A stretch of 64,000 nt of DNA from Podospora anserina (GCA_017654855.1 CM030335.1:2914001-2978000), one strand, 5' to 3'; shown: positions 25,423 to 38,279, counted from the first letter of the stretch. Program-made: numbers and translations. Notes: generated by a model not told the origin, from the sequence alone.

Positions 25423-26363
25423 GTTGCTGCTGCTTGTGTTTGCTAACTCTGCTTTACTCCTTCTTCATCCCTCGACGACTTGTGAAAAGAAAATATGTAA
25501 CAGCTGAATGGAAAAAAATAAAAATAAAAAAAATGAAAAATTATGCAAAAGGTGAACACGGTCGGCGCGACTAGATCTTCACAGCAGTCGATCTAATACC
25601 CGGTCTTTATCTTCTGTTGCATGATGTCATATGCCACCCAACCTGCAGCACCACCCAACGGGAAAATCGTGGCAGTCACCCAGATCAACCACGAGCTTTT
25701 CAGGCGTGTAGCAACACTCTCTCAGGGACCAATCGTGGGTAATTGGTGATTCGTAAAGCTGGCTAGATCCGCCCTGAAAAGTGAAACCGACACAATCGCA
25801 AGTTATTGTTGGCTGCCTTTTGTGTTTCACAAACTGGACGCCTCTGACTAGTTGGCAACGTGCCGCTTCTTGGATTTGAACCGAGGTGTCGATATGATTG
25901 GAATTCTAATAATGATGGCACGAAGAGAGAAACTTATCATTCAAATTGTAAAACCAAACACTCCAATTTCTACTGGTTTTCGCCTTGTCGCATCTTTGAT
26001 ACACCCCTGGAACAATGAGATTTGTTAGTAGGGGGCGGCCCTGAGAAGGGGTCCAATTACAGCGGCCCCACCGCTGTTTGACAGCTGCGATGCGTACCCC
26101 AGCTTTTGGGGGCGCACTGACCACCCCCACCTCGGACGACAGCTTCAGCATCCGGGCCCCGCGATGCAGAGAGGAAGGGAGCACCGCGTCACTTGAGCTC
26201 TGCCTGGTAGCAACTACCACCCGACGACGACACAACTTCTCTGCCTCGACACTAGCTAATTCAACCCTAGCTAATTCAACCCCTTTAACACCCTCACCTC
26301 CATCCCCCCAACCCAATCCAACCTCCAATCCCCCATAACCACACCCAAAAATCAGTCACAATA

Positions 26364-27056
26364 ATGGCCTCCCAATACGAAGGCAAGCTCCCCCACCGTC
26401 ACCACCAACCATTCCATCTATCCCCCTACATATGCTAACCTCCCCCAACAGTCGAACACAACATCAAAACCCCCCCTCGCCCCACCCGCCGCCGCCAAAT
26501 AGACATGTCCACCTTCACCTCCCACCTCACCTCCACCATCACCCCCGACCACATCACAAACCCCCACTCCATCCCAAACCCAGTCGACCTCTCCGCCGCC
26601 TTCCGCCTAGTCCAAGACCAGTTCCTCACCCTCGCCTCCTCGGCCCCCTCCCAAGAAAACCAGTCCTTCCTCCTCTCCCTCGCCCAGTCTCTCGAGGAGG
26701 ACACGCTCCACCCCCCGACCTCCCTCGAGGGCACCTCCCAGGAGTTCGTCGACTCCCTCGATCGCGTCCCGCGCAAGTCCCTCTCCCCCGACGACAAATG
26801 TCCCATCTGCATGGAGAACTTCCTCGACGATCCCTACTGCTTGGTGGCTGAGCTCCCTTGCGGGGGAAGACACAGGTTGGATCTGGAATGTGTCAGCCCA
26901 TGGTTGAGAACCAAGGGGACGTGCCCTTGCTGTAGGGCTGACTTGGGAGAGCGAAAAAAGAGGAAGGAGGCGGAAGAGAGGGAGAAGGAGAAGGGCAAGA
27001 AACAAGAGGTGGAAGAGGAGGAGGAGGAGGACGATATGGATGGGTTGTATGCTTAA
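26364..27056 (+). CDS. RING-H2-variant E3 ligase-like protein (yeast YBR062C-like); GC-AG intron 26383-26451
   Basis: CPIC...DDPYCLVAELPCGGRHRLDLECVSPWL...TCPCC. The first exon MASQYE joins in frame to VEHNIKT. Confidence 0.85.
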
Positions 27057-27336
27057 TGTGGGTGGTACATGCACAAAGAGCGCTGGGAAAGAATATGGGA
27101 CGTTAGCGATGCGATATCTGTCTCTCTGGTCTGTATAAAATGCTTGCAACCCCCAATAACCCGATACAAAGATGCGAAATGACATATGGCGAGACAAGGC
27201 AACATGCCCTTATTCAACAACCTGAGCTTTTATACTCCCTTCACTCTCCTGTTTACTGAGGCGAAAGTATGCACACCTGATGCTCAGCCAATAAACAACC
27301 CATCCATCCTCCTTCTTCTTCTGTTTGTTGCGGTTC

Positions 27337-27759
27337 TCATTTTGGAAAAGAACTCGTCATCCTCCCCGCCTTCTTCCCCTCCTTACTAGAGTGGCTCTCC
27401 CTCGTCTTGCCATCCCGCGGTGCTTGTTTCTCCTCTGCCCTCTCGTTTGTTTCCTTTGATATTTCCCGGTTGGCTCCCGAGGCTTCCAAGGGGTTGTCGT
27501 ACGGCCCCTTCCAGCAGGATTGGAATTCCAAGTCGGGGTCTGTGACGGTTGGGTCGAAGGCTGTGGCGCACTCGGCGGCTTCGTCGTCCGAACCAGATTT
27601 GGTGGAATCGTTGGGTCGGGGTTTGAGGGAGGTGCGGTCTTGGTCGTCCTTGTAGGCTTGACGGGGGAGAGAGGGGTTGTATTGACGGGTTAGGGAAAGG
27701 GAGGAGGAAATGGGAAGGGGAGGCAGGGGGCGGCGGAGGGTGGTGCGGAGGAGGGACAT
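27337..27759 (-). CDS. Small conserved fungal hypothetical protein, probably mitochondrial
   Basis: An Arg/Ser/Leu-rich presequence MSLLRTTLRRP is followed by AFDPTVTDP...NPLEASGANREIS. Confidence 0.7.
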   Translation of the reverse strand: MSLLRTTLRRPLPPLPISSSLSLTRQYNPSLPRQAYKDDQDRTSLKPRPNDSTKSGSDDEAAECATAFDPTVTDPDLEFQSCWKGPYDNPLEASGANREISKETNERAEEKQAPRDGKTRESHSSKEGKKAGRMTSSFPK

Positions 27760-30700
27760 GATGCCTGGTGTGCTGGAATATGTGTTATTCTTGGAGCCGG
27801 GGGTCAACAGGTGTTTCCCGCCTGGGGAGAGGATTCAATTTGATCAAGTATCGTGCAGTAGGGATGGTCAATTGATGGTGTTGCACAGAGATAATCGAAC
27901 CACCACGTCTAAGTGGTGGTGCCCCCCAAACCAACCATAAACAAATGATCCCCCTCTGACGTCATGACGACGACCACACATTTGAACATTCCCGCCTAAA
28001 ATTACAGTTACACTTTATCCCCCCCCCCTTTCATCAACTCGCCTCATCAATCTGGAAAGGGCTAGAGAATCGTGGTTTCCCCGCAGTGGGGCAGCCTTGT
28101 TTAATTGTCGTTTCTTTTTATTCCGTAGGCGGTTCAGGTTCAGGGGCTTTCTCTCGGGTTCGTATGTAAGCAATACCACACCAACAACAGGGCTCAGGGC
28201 TGGAGGTTAAAGTTGGATGGAGATCTGTTTTTTTTTCTTGGGTTTTTTTTTCAAGGAGTGAGTGTGGGAGTGCGGCATGCGACGTTGGATCGTAAAAAGA
28301 AAATGAAGGTGGTTATTTTTAGCGGATTGTGGAATTGCCATGTTTGAGTTTGTTTTCTGGGGAAGAAGAAATTGTGACATCGATTGTTGGGGTGGATGGT
28401 ATTGGAGGGTGACGTTTTGTTTCGACCACAAGTGATGCGAGACTGTTTATTACTGTTGGGTTTTCCAAGGAAAATGATGGAAAGAGAGGCTTCTTTCTGT
28501 TTTAGAGCTGAAAATCAATCGGGTCAACCGTGGAATGAAAGTTCTGGCTGGAAGATCTGGTGTGTCTTAGCCTGGCAGCATCATCAAAGTTCATCCATCG
28601 AACATCAGCTCAGATGTCCAGCATCAACATTCATCACCTGCCTTCCTCACCTATTGCTAAACAAGCCACATTCCCAAGTCGCTTGGATCTGCTGGTCGTC
28701 AGTCCTTGTGAATAACCAACCATTTGCAATGGTCCCCGCATCTCGATCCACCAGTCAGTGCCGGCTTACCCATACGCAGCTTGCGTATGCCAAATGCCAA
28801 CCCTCCGACATCGACCACACCTCAGATCGCCCTCCCAATTGTACGGTCCTCCGGCTCCGAACCCTGCCTATTCGCGCGTCCCTGAAATCTCTCCAATTCA
28901 GCTTGGCTCGCGAAACGTGCTCCGGTGTCTATCAGTCAATAAATTTCCACCGCTGTATACCTCTTGCCCCAAGTACATGATTGGTGGCGAGAAAGAATGA
29001 TCCAATGTGTTCTGCCCTGAATACGCCGCCCTTGGGCGGTCAAACAACACCCAACACGGGAATACCGCAATGTCGCACCGTCCCAATCCCATGGGAAGGA
29101 TTCATTCGCTTCTTCTCTGCTGGAACTTCTAGAAGATCTGCCACCCCTCGGTTCCTTTCATCGCTCGATTGGTTGCGATAGATAACGCGGCCGACATCCT
29201 ATTCGTCGCTCCGTGCCGTGCGTTGGCCCGGGTGTTGGGTGTGTGGTAGGAGTGGAAAATGTATAATGTATGTAGTCAACACCGAAAAGGGGGGACGAAT
29301 AAGACGCCGCAAGGCCGCAGCCGCAGCAGACCATCCATCCATCAATCAGCAGAAAAGAAAAAGAAAAACCGGGCTGGCGGATGGCAGGCAAAGGAAACAA
29401 GACTCTGGTTCGGCATGCAATAGAAGGCTTCCAGAAGCTCTTTTCCCTTGTCCGGATTCGATCATCTGGTTTCAGGTTGTGCCGCAGGAAGCCAGTAGCG
29501 TCATGCACAACACATCTTCGGGACCTGAGAGGGCGGACATGGCCGAAGTTCGGTTGGCTTGGTGGATTCGAGCTCTCAGGCGGCGTGGCGAAATTGTAGG
29601 GCCTCGGGCGGGTAGACGAAAGGTCCAGTGATATGGATGAAGCCTCGGGGGAGAATGACACGAAGACAAACGTTTGGTGGTGAGGTGCCGTTAGTAGACC
29701 TGAGTGCGCCGCGGGGTCGCTGGCGGGAATGTTGATCAGTGTGTCCTGGCGATGGCCACATCAGGAACGACAAGTCATTTTCACCCGAGACAACCACCCG
29801 CGATTGCGAACCTGAGCTTTTTGTAGCGGGGTCGTGTGGTCGTGATGCTTGGACCAGCCCCAAACCTAAGTCTTGGTTGATACCACACTGCCTTTCCGCA
29901 TTGGTCCTCAGCGCGCCTCACGCACATTTAGTACACCGCTTGTAGCTAATAGCAGCGACACCAAGCCCGTTTCACCGCAAACCACACGTGGAAAGCCCAG
30001 GATAACTTGCGTGCTTTAGTGCGCGGTGTCGCGGGAATCGACAGAAGGAGGTGTACGGATACGCAGTGTGTGTGTCTCTCGCCCGTGATGTTTCGGCGTG
30101 CGGCTTGAGGTGGTGTTTGGTGCCGCTGCTGTTGATATTCAGTGTTATTCGTATCCCGTGATACAAGTCAAGAACAGGCCGCCGCACAACTGCACCTCTG
30201 CCTGATATCCACGCCGCCTTGCCGCTGTCGTGTATAAATGCGGTCAGATGTATATGGCCTCTTCCCGTGGTCCTCCCCCGCATGTGAAGACACACACAAC
30301 CTGTGATGCCGTGAGGGAGGAATCTCACCGTTCGGCTAGCAATGCCAGATGCTAGGCCAGGAGATGGCTTGGAATTGCTGCGCACGCACAGATCGGCTAA
30401 CCTCTTTTCCCTCTGGTCTCTGCAAAAACAGCCCTCACCCCCCCGCCCCGCCCCCATTGTGTGGTGGAGTGACCTCGCACCGTACCCTTCGCCAGAGTGA
30501 GGACAAGGGCCGTAAAGTTCCGAACATGTGGCATGTGGCATGTGGCATGTGGGAAAGAGAGGGAGCGATCCAACGATGCGGCACTCGTCATAAAAAGAGA
30601 TGGTCAGGGTCCGGGCTCACCGCACAGCGGGACCCAGCGACCCAGCGACCCAGCGCGTTGCAATATCGGCGATGGAGGCAACATGCCTGGAGGGGAGACA

Positions 30701-32145
30701 CTGAGACGGGCTGGGACGGGCTGGGACGAGCTGGGACGAGCTGGATGGATCAAATGAATGGAATTTTCCTGAGGAGTCTTATCGCGGGTGCCTCCACCGG
30801 CTGAGAAGACGCCATTATATGACTCTGGCGCTAGCGGGCTGGCTGGCTGTTCAGCGCTGGGCTGCGTGAGGGCCACGATGCGTCCCATCTTTGTGCGAAT
30901 ATTCCACCGCAGGCACCGCAGGCCAGGGGGGGCCATAATGTACGTAAAGTCGACGGGTCGCCATGTGGCCTTTGATTGCCTGCTGGAGCCCGCTACACCT
31001 CATGGAGGTAAGACAGAGACACTGACACCGAATATCTCTCGTCCGAAAAACTTGTGCCCACTGCGAGGAAAAAGCCACCAGCTTGTTTCCGGGCGGGATC
31101 TGCGCGCCGATGAGTGAATCGGAAGCGCACTCAATTCCAGAATCCAAAAACAAAAAAAAAAAAGGTCTCACTCACCCCTCGTGGCGCTAGTTGGAGACAA
31201 ACGGCCCCTAGACATCAAGTATCATATATCATACATGATAACGACAGACCTCAAAGCATTGTTCGCTAGGGAGCCTCCCGTCGTATATGGTGGTAGTTAA
31301 TCAGAGGAATGGTCACCAGTTCCTCTCTTTATCGTGACGGCAGCTCCACCCCCCCAAGGGTAGTGATCCCAGTGATCCCTGTGCATCCCAAGCCGCTTGT
31401 CCATCCGACCAGGGGTGCCGCTACCACGCCTCCAGCGACCAGCGCTGGCTTTCCTCCACCACTGGGCGGGCCAGCACCATTCTCGTCGAAGCCTTTCCCC
31501 TTCTAATAAACAGGGACCGACGACAAGCAACAAGCACTCCTCCCTCCCCCCCCCCTCCCCCTTAAATGCGAAACAGCTGCTGATGCCCTTTCCCAGTGCT
31601 GTGTAACTGCATCTAGCTTGGTCCCTTGTTTGTGTGCGCCTGTGCCATTTCGATCTCGAATTCCATCTTTTCATCTTCTCCCTCCAAGAGAAGAGAGCAA
31701 GCAAGCAATTGGCTTTCTTTGTTGTCGATACCCCTCAGCCTCTGGCCGACTGCCCGACCTGCATGCGTACCGCATCCTGCCGTTCTTCCCCAACACTCGC
31801 CTCTCCCCTCCTCCACCTCTACAACAACACCACCGCCGACGAACGACGCAAAATCGAGTGCGCCTGATAGATCCGACGAAATTAGCGACGCCGATTTTGA
31901 CGACGCTCTCTACTGTATTATCACCTCGACGACGAGCGGCCGGTTCTCCCGCCAGCTTTCCCGCTTCCGCTCTCCCACGCCAAGACTGGAGCCGAATGAC
32001 GATCAAGTTTGGTGTTCTAGTGTCCCAGAATCACCAAAGCCGTTTTGAGCGCCGTCAAAGTGCATATCCTCAGGTTTTTGCATGGTCGTTTGAGTAGGAG
32101 CATCATCAAAAAGAACACGGAAAAGGGAGCAAAGAAGCGGTAGCC

Positions 32146-34111
32146 ATGGGCAACAGCCAGGGCAAGCCCGTTGACCTCGATGGCGAAGGTGGGTTGCAAC
32201 AAGGAATCGGCGCATATCAGGAGCGGTCATACTAACAAAGAACAGTGAACTTGAACCACTTTCGCCTATTGCGAGTTGTCGGACGAGGAGCGTTTGGAAA
32301 AGTACGGATCGTCGAGAGAAAGGACACTGGGCTGTCGTTTGCGCTCAAGTACATTCGGAAAGATGAAGGTTGGTGCACCGTTGGGATCCCTCAAGGTCCT
32401 GACACCACAGATCAAGGACACGACGACTGACATGCGTGTATACAGTTGTGCGATCTGAAAGTGTACGCAACATCATTCGGGAAAGGCGAATGCTGGAGCA
32501 CGTGAACCACCCGTTCATCTGCAACTTGCGCTACAGCTTTCAGGACATCGAGTATATGTACCTGGTGGTGGATCTGATGAGCGGCGGTGATTTGCGGTTC
32601 CACATTTCAAGAAAAACATTCACAGAAGATGCCGTCAGGTTTTGGATTGCCGAGCTGGGCTGTGCTCTGAGGTATGTGCACAGGCAAGGCATTGTCCATC
32701 GCGATGTGAAGCCCGACAACGTCCTTTTGGACGGAGAAGGTCACGTCCATTTGACGGATTTTGTAGGTTTCATGAGCCATATGACAGGGCTAGCTACGAG
32801 CGTTTGCTAACCTACTCACAGAACGTCGCCTCCGATATCATGCCGGGCAAAAACCTGACAAGCAAGTCCGGCACCTTGGCATATCTTGCCCCCGAGGTCT
32901 ACGCAGGAAACGGCTATGACGTACGCGCTGATTGGTGGTCATTGGGTGTCTTATTCTACGAATGCATTTACAACAAGGTACGAGAAAGCCCACAGCCGTT
33001 CCATGTCTTTGTTCTCTTCAACGCTGCCCCACATCGCGGAGTTCACCGGGAAGCCACATGAGTAAGACTAACACCCGTTGCAGAGGCCGTTCGAGGGAAA
33101 TTCCGAATCATCATTGAGCGCCGTTATTCAAGCTGCAAAGCCCAGGTTTCCCGTAACAAATCCTCCGGTGTCGCTTACATGCATGTACGCCATCCAGGCC
33201 GCCCTGGAACCCAATCCGAGCAAACGTATGGGCCACACATGGGAGAGCTTCATTCACAATGACTTTTTCTCCATGATCGATTTCATGGCCCTGGAAAGGA
33301 AGGAGATTGAGCCAGTGTTTATCCCATCATCCGAAAAGACCAACTTTGACGCTACTTACGATTTGGAAGAGCTGCTTTTGGAGGAGGCGCCGCTTGAGGC
33401 TCGTGCGCGGAGACAGAAACCTAGGGAAAGGTTAAAGGACGACGCGACAGACAAGGAGATTCGTGAGGACGAGCTCTACAGGATGATAGAGACGGATTTC
33501 CGCAACTTTGACTACACTGTGGCCGCTTATAAGAAGTATGTTTCTCCACCATTTTCCCGCGGGTGCTCATGCTAACAACCGTTCCCAGAATCGCATCACA
33601 AACCACCCAACCAAACGGGCAACCAGCAGCACCAGCAGCCGCTACCGGCAAAGAAAACCTCCAGCCCGGCACCGCCCAAACAACCGACACGGCCACAGCC
33701 GCGCCCGCCACGACAAACGGCAACTCCCCAACCGACAGCAACAAACTCACCCGCCCCCCGTCAAACCACTCGCGACGCAGCGCCCCAGGCCGCCCTCCCC
33801 CGCTGCCGCCATACCCCCAGTCTTACAACCCCCGCGCTGGAAACCGTTCGGGACCAGGAATGATTGTCGAGTCCCCAACAGGCGGCGTACAGGTTACTCT
33901 CGACGGGGGCGGCAGCTGGAGCGACCTTGCCAGACAGGACGCGACACTCCCAGCGGACGCCTCTGGGGCGAATAACGAACTGGATGGAAAGGAAAGCGGC
34001 GGTGGGGGTGTCTTTGGGTTTTTGAGCAGGAAGAAGGGGAGGGGAAATAGTCCGAAGCCTAAAGAAAGGGGTGTATTGGGCAAGGAGGGTGCGAGAGTGG
34101 TGATTGGGTGA
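32146..34111 (+). CDS. AGC-group Ser/Thr protein kinase, YANK/STK32-like; about 6 exons; N-myristoylation-like MGNSQG start
   Basis: GRGAFGKV, HRDVKPDN, TDF|NVA (DFN in place of DFG, typical of STK32), SGTLAYLAPE and NFDATYDLEELLLE. Confidence 0.9.
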
Positions 34112-35433
34112 TTGTTTTCTATCGTTATCATATTTTCTTTGTTGAACATCTTTTTTTTTTTCTGTCGTCGTCGTGGTACATTTTTGCACACACATCTACA
34201 CTATCGTTCTTAATTTGTTTTCTTATACACTGTTGACTGGGGAAGGGGATGGGGGTGGGGAGGGAAGAGGTAGTGGTTGTTGCATATTCTATCTTTATGG
34301 GATAGAAAAGGAGTCTGTTATTTTTTTTTTTTGTTTTTGCTTTTGTTCTCATATGGTGGGTGGTGGGTGGGGCAAATAGGGTGGTATATTTTTTTGCATG
34401 GGGGGGGCATCTCCTTTTATATTTGCTAGGCGGGGTGGTTGAGTGGGAATGAGAATGGATGGGGGAAGAGAAATACAGGATTTGTGTGTGGATGCTGAAT
34501 GTGCGTGTGTTGTATTCTTTGATTGCGTGTGCGGTTGTTTATTTAGGGTTTTCGTTGCGGGTTGTTGTTGTTGTTGTTGATTGTATGTCTGGCCTGGTGA
34601 TCAAGCGTTCGTTCTGTCTTCTCTGTCCTGGGGCAACATGACAGGATGACAGAATGTGTGCAAGGGTGTTGATGGGGTGGTTGGTGGTGGTGGTACTGGC
34701 TGGAGAAGTTATATACCCATAGCTTTGTTGTCGTATATACGTACATATTTGAACAATAACAAAAAGTAAAATGATCATGATATGATGTCCTGTTGGAACT
34801 GTTGTGCTACGACTGGACTGCGCGCGCATGCTGGCCGACAGCTTCATACTCAAGTGCAGCAAGCTCGGGGGGGGGGAAACAAATGCCACTCAGATGGCCA
34901 GGACGAATTTCCCAGAGCATTGCCTTCAACACACAGTGTCACATAGTTGAAAGGCTTTCGATACCACTAGGCAGCATGTAGATACGCACCCAGTCACTTC
35001 ACAATCACTTTACAATTCAAAGGGACACGAGATACACACACACACCATAATCACTCCTTGTTATTCGGGGTATCACAATCAAAATCCATAATTCCATGCT
35101 CGCCGCCCAAACAAAAACCCCCTCAATTCCCGATCGTGCTGGTGGCCCTCGTTAAAAACCTGCCGAGCCCCCCCCCTTACTGGGTACCCTCAGTCAGGAA
35201 AAGAGTGAACCACCCGATCAATACATTGACCCATAGTCCAACAACTCCCGAACGCCCAAAATAAATCCCATCCAATATCCCCAAAAATAAATCCAACAAA
35301 CCCGCTCAATGCATACCCAACAACTTCGTCCAACGCCTCAAAAGTGTCGGAAGAGGATGCAGTTCGATGGAATCATCAATGGTACTAGGTTTCTTATTTG
35401 AGGACACCATTTTCCCCTAATCCTGAATCACAA

Positions 35434-36674
35434 TCACCTCATCAGCGCCTTTCTTCCCCGCTTGGCAACTGGCTTGGAAGGTTTGACACCCTCCTCCTCC
35501 TCCTCCTCCTCCTCCTCCTCCTCCTCCTCCTCCTCCTCCTCCTCCTCCTCGGTTTTTTTGACAGCGGCGCGCCGGCCACGTCTAGCCTTGGGTTTTGGCA
35601 TGTCCGTAGACCCCCACTCGGCTTTGCGCTTCCTCCCCTTCGGCGCTGGCTTCTTCTCCTCCTGCCTCCCCCCATCCTCCTCCTCCACCACCTCCTCCTT
35701 GTTCTTTTCCTCCTCAACGACCACAGGGACACCGTCAAGAGTAATCTTCTGCAAGCGAGTAGCATAGCAGCTTGTTCGGTTCCCAACTGTGACGTGAGCC
35801 AACGGTTCTCCCCCAGGGAGTGTAGGGTTCTCCGAGCCCTTGCTCCATCGATACTTGAAAAGCCAATCAGAGGGGAACTGGTGATAGTCACCGAGCACGC
35901 CAACAGCTGTCTGACAAACGTATCGGATCACCTCGTACAGAGTCTTAGTCTGCGCGTCGGTGAGATGGTTGCATTTCTGCTCTGGGTGAATCCGGGACTG
36001 AAACAGCACCTCGTCACCGACCCAGTTTCCGATCCCGCTGATGAACTTCTGGTTGAGAAGCATAGCTTTGACCGCGGCGCGACTGGCGCGACACTTGGAC
36101 TGGAAGTACGCAAGCGTAAACCTGTCCGTGTCTTGCACAGGGTCGGGGCCGTTTTCTTTGAGAGGAGCATGACTGCGAATGTGAGCGCCGGGGCAGTCCA
36201 CGAGACGAACTCTAGCCAGGCGCCGATAGTCGGTGAAAGCCACTTCCACCGCGGGGTTGCAGGTGGTCGTGAGGTGGAATTTTGTGTATTTGGGAGGCCA
36301 GGTTTCGACGCGTGTGTCCGTGTCCCGGTAAAGGGACGAGTAGGATGTTTGGACGCCCCTAATCTGAAGCCAACCCGTCATGCCAAAATGCATCACCACA
36401 TGCGGAGCCTTATCAAGGACGAGCCAGAATAGCTTGCCTTGCGACCCGGAGGAGATGACCTTCCTCCCGGTCAAGGCAGCCGAAACTGCGTCGCCGGTCG
36501 TGCCCGCCTTGCCAAAGACAATTTGGTCGTCGACAGCGGACGCGGTTCTGATGGTCTTGCCGACGAGATGTAGGCGCAGAAAGTGCACGATGCGCGCGAC
36601 TGGGTTTGGGGTTAGTTATCATGATGATACAGAACAGAGAGTCATGAAAACTTACCTTCAGCTATCTCAGGCAT
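35434..36674 (-). CDS. Formamidopyrimidine-DNA glycosylase (Fpg/Nei family); intron 36600-36655
   Basis: N-terminal MPEIAE|V catalytic motif, HFGMTG and the H2TH motif GIGNWVGDEVLF, followed by an acidic poly-Glu and basic tail. Confidence 0.93.
35490..35550. repeat. Coding (TCC)n microsatellite encoding poly-Glu
   Basis: About 20 perfect trinucleotide units. Confidence 0.95.
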
Positions 36675-37395
36675 GTTTGCGAGATGTGATGATCTCTGTC
36701 TAGAAGTCAAAGTGCAAGATGCGACTCGCGTGGTTCGGTGATTTGGAGACCAGCGAGTGCGAGTCCAACTACTTGAAAGCAGCTGAGGCATCAAAGATGT
36801 CAGATAAGACCAGATAGAGATACCAACAGTTGTTGGAAGCAGACTTACAAAGATGGAAGACTTCTTTTGATGTGGAGGTGACAGAGAGTTGATGCGATCA
36901 CGAAGGTGAGAGTTGCATGTTATGGGAAAGGAAATTTTGGGAGAGACGCTCCAGGAAATATTGGGGGGTATATATACATGGGAGGGACAGCGTTGCGGCG
37001 GAACCAAATGTACACATATCTTTCACAGGTACGCTGCTGAAGATGCTCCAACAGGTGGTTGCGCCCCTGAAGCGTTGGCTCTTCGTCGGCGCGTCGTGCT
37101 CTTATGGACGAGGAGTCAAAGGCAAAACACGAATGCTCTGCGACTTCACGTGATGTGGTCAAAGCGCCCATGCTCCCGGCAGCTGGCCAAGCTTTCAAGC
37201 TTTCGACAGCCCCACTCTGCCGCAGCGGGTTTTTCCACTGCCCCACACAAACTGGGCAGCTTCAAAAACTCTGCGACTGCAACTTTTTTCTCTTTCTTCC
37301 TCTCCAACATCAGACCACAACCATCACAACCACCAATCTTCTTCTGGTAAGTCGCATTTGCTTCCGCAGACGCGCTTGACAACAGCAACATTTCT

Positions 37396-37471
37396 ATGAT
37401 GACACAACCAATACCGCAAACTAGAGTCTTTGACCTTCGGGTATGAAACTAGCATTGTCACGTCAGTCTGA
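37396..37471 (+). ncRNA. snR78: Box C/D snoRNA, snR78 homologue (25S Um2421, yeast numbering), with a probable second guide
   Basis: C box ATGATGA and D box CTGA. The guide CAAACTAGAGTC is complementary to LSU GACUCUAGUUUG. Confidence 0.88.
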
Positions 37472-37746
37472 ACTTTGTTGCTGTTGTCGCCGCGCTGCAA
37501 ACCACCGACCTTTGCAATCCGGACAGGACTGACCAGCAAGCAGTACTCTGGCCTCCTACGAGCCACAGTCGCGGATGGGAATCATAACACCTGATTGATG
37601 GGCATCATTTGCCTGGTGGAGGTCGATGGGGACACAGCACCACGATCGACCAACCGACCTTGAACAACTCTCACCACCGGTTGAGGCGTCAACGCTATCA
37701 GGTCAGTGCCCTTCGTCAACCTCACCTCTTCCCATCCTCGGATTTC

Positions 37747-37827
37747 ATGATGTTCTTACTTTGCTTCGGCAAGTTGGAATTACCGACTGAAATATCTTTT
37801 AATGAAGACACAAATGGCTGTTTCTGA
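37747..37827 (+). ncRNA. snR77: Box C/D snoRNA, snR77 homologue (18S Um578)
   Basis: ATGATGT C-box variant and terminal CTGA. The guide GTTGGAATTACCG plus CTGA D' box is complementary to SSU CGGUAAUUCCAGC with one G-U pair. Confidence 0.88.
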
Positions 37828-37963
37828 TTGAATCCAACACTTCTTACCTTTTCACTTCTCCATTGGTTGTGCGGCTTTCAGACGCTAACATCCATCAAGC
37901 AGATCATCCATACCTGTCACTGAGTAAGTCGACAGCTTCTTTCACCAGCACTCGCTGTGCTTT

Positions 37964-38046
37964 ATGATGAAACGGCACTGGGCTCCGAAATTCCATGAGC
38001 AAGACACGCCACTTTCGCGACAGGCCTAGAAAACCTCGTCCACTGA
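37964..38046 (+). ncRNA. snR76: Box C/D snoRNA, snR76 homologue (25S Cm2197)
   Basis: ATGATGA and terminal CTGA. The guide GCACTGGGC plus CCGA D' box is complementary to LSU GCCCAGUGC. Confidence 0.85.
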
Positions 38047-38199
38047 TCAGCACATCCATCTCTGTCTTTTGCACACGCCGCATGGCAGAGAGTACGGGCT
38101 AACTCTCCTGGAAGTTGATCGGATTGTTTGATGCACCTGGATCGTTGGGGTTGTCTTTAGGGTAAGTTTTATCGACTTTTTTTTCCCCATCACACTTTT

Positions 38200-38279
38200 A
38201 TGATGACTCTAGATGACGAGTCCTATACGGGATTCCCGATGCGGACAACCTATTTTTTATACCATTCATGCCTATCTGA
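38200..38279 (+). ncRNA. snR75: Box C/D snoRNA, snR75 homologue (25S Gm2288)
   Basis: ATGATGA and terminal CTGA. The guide TAGATGACGAG is complementary to LSU CUCGUCAUCUA, and an extra CCATTCATGC is complementary to the nearby GCAUGAAUGG. Confidence 0.9.

Noticed and set aside
37609-37827. 72-aa ORF in the snoRNA region
   Set aside because: Non-ATG start, and it crosses an intron donor and the snR77 body.
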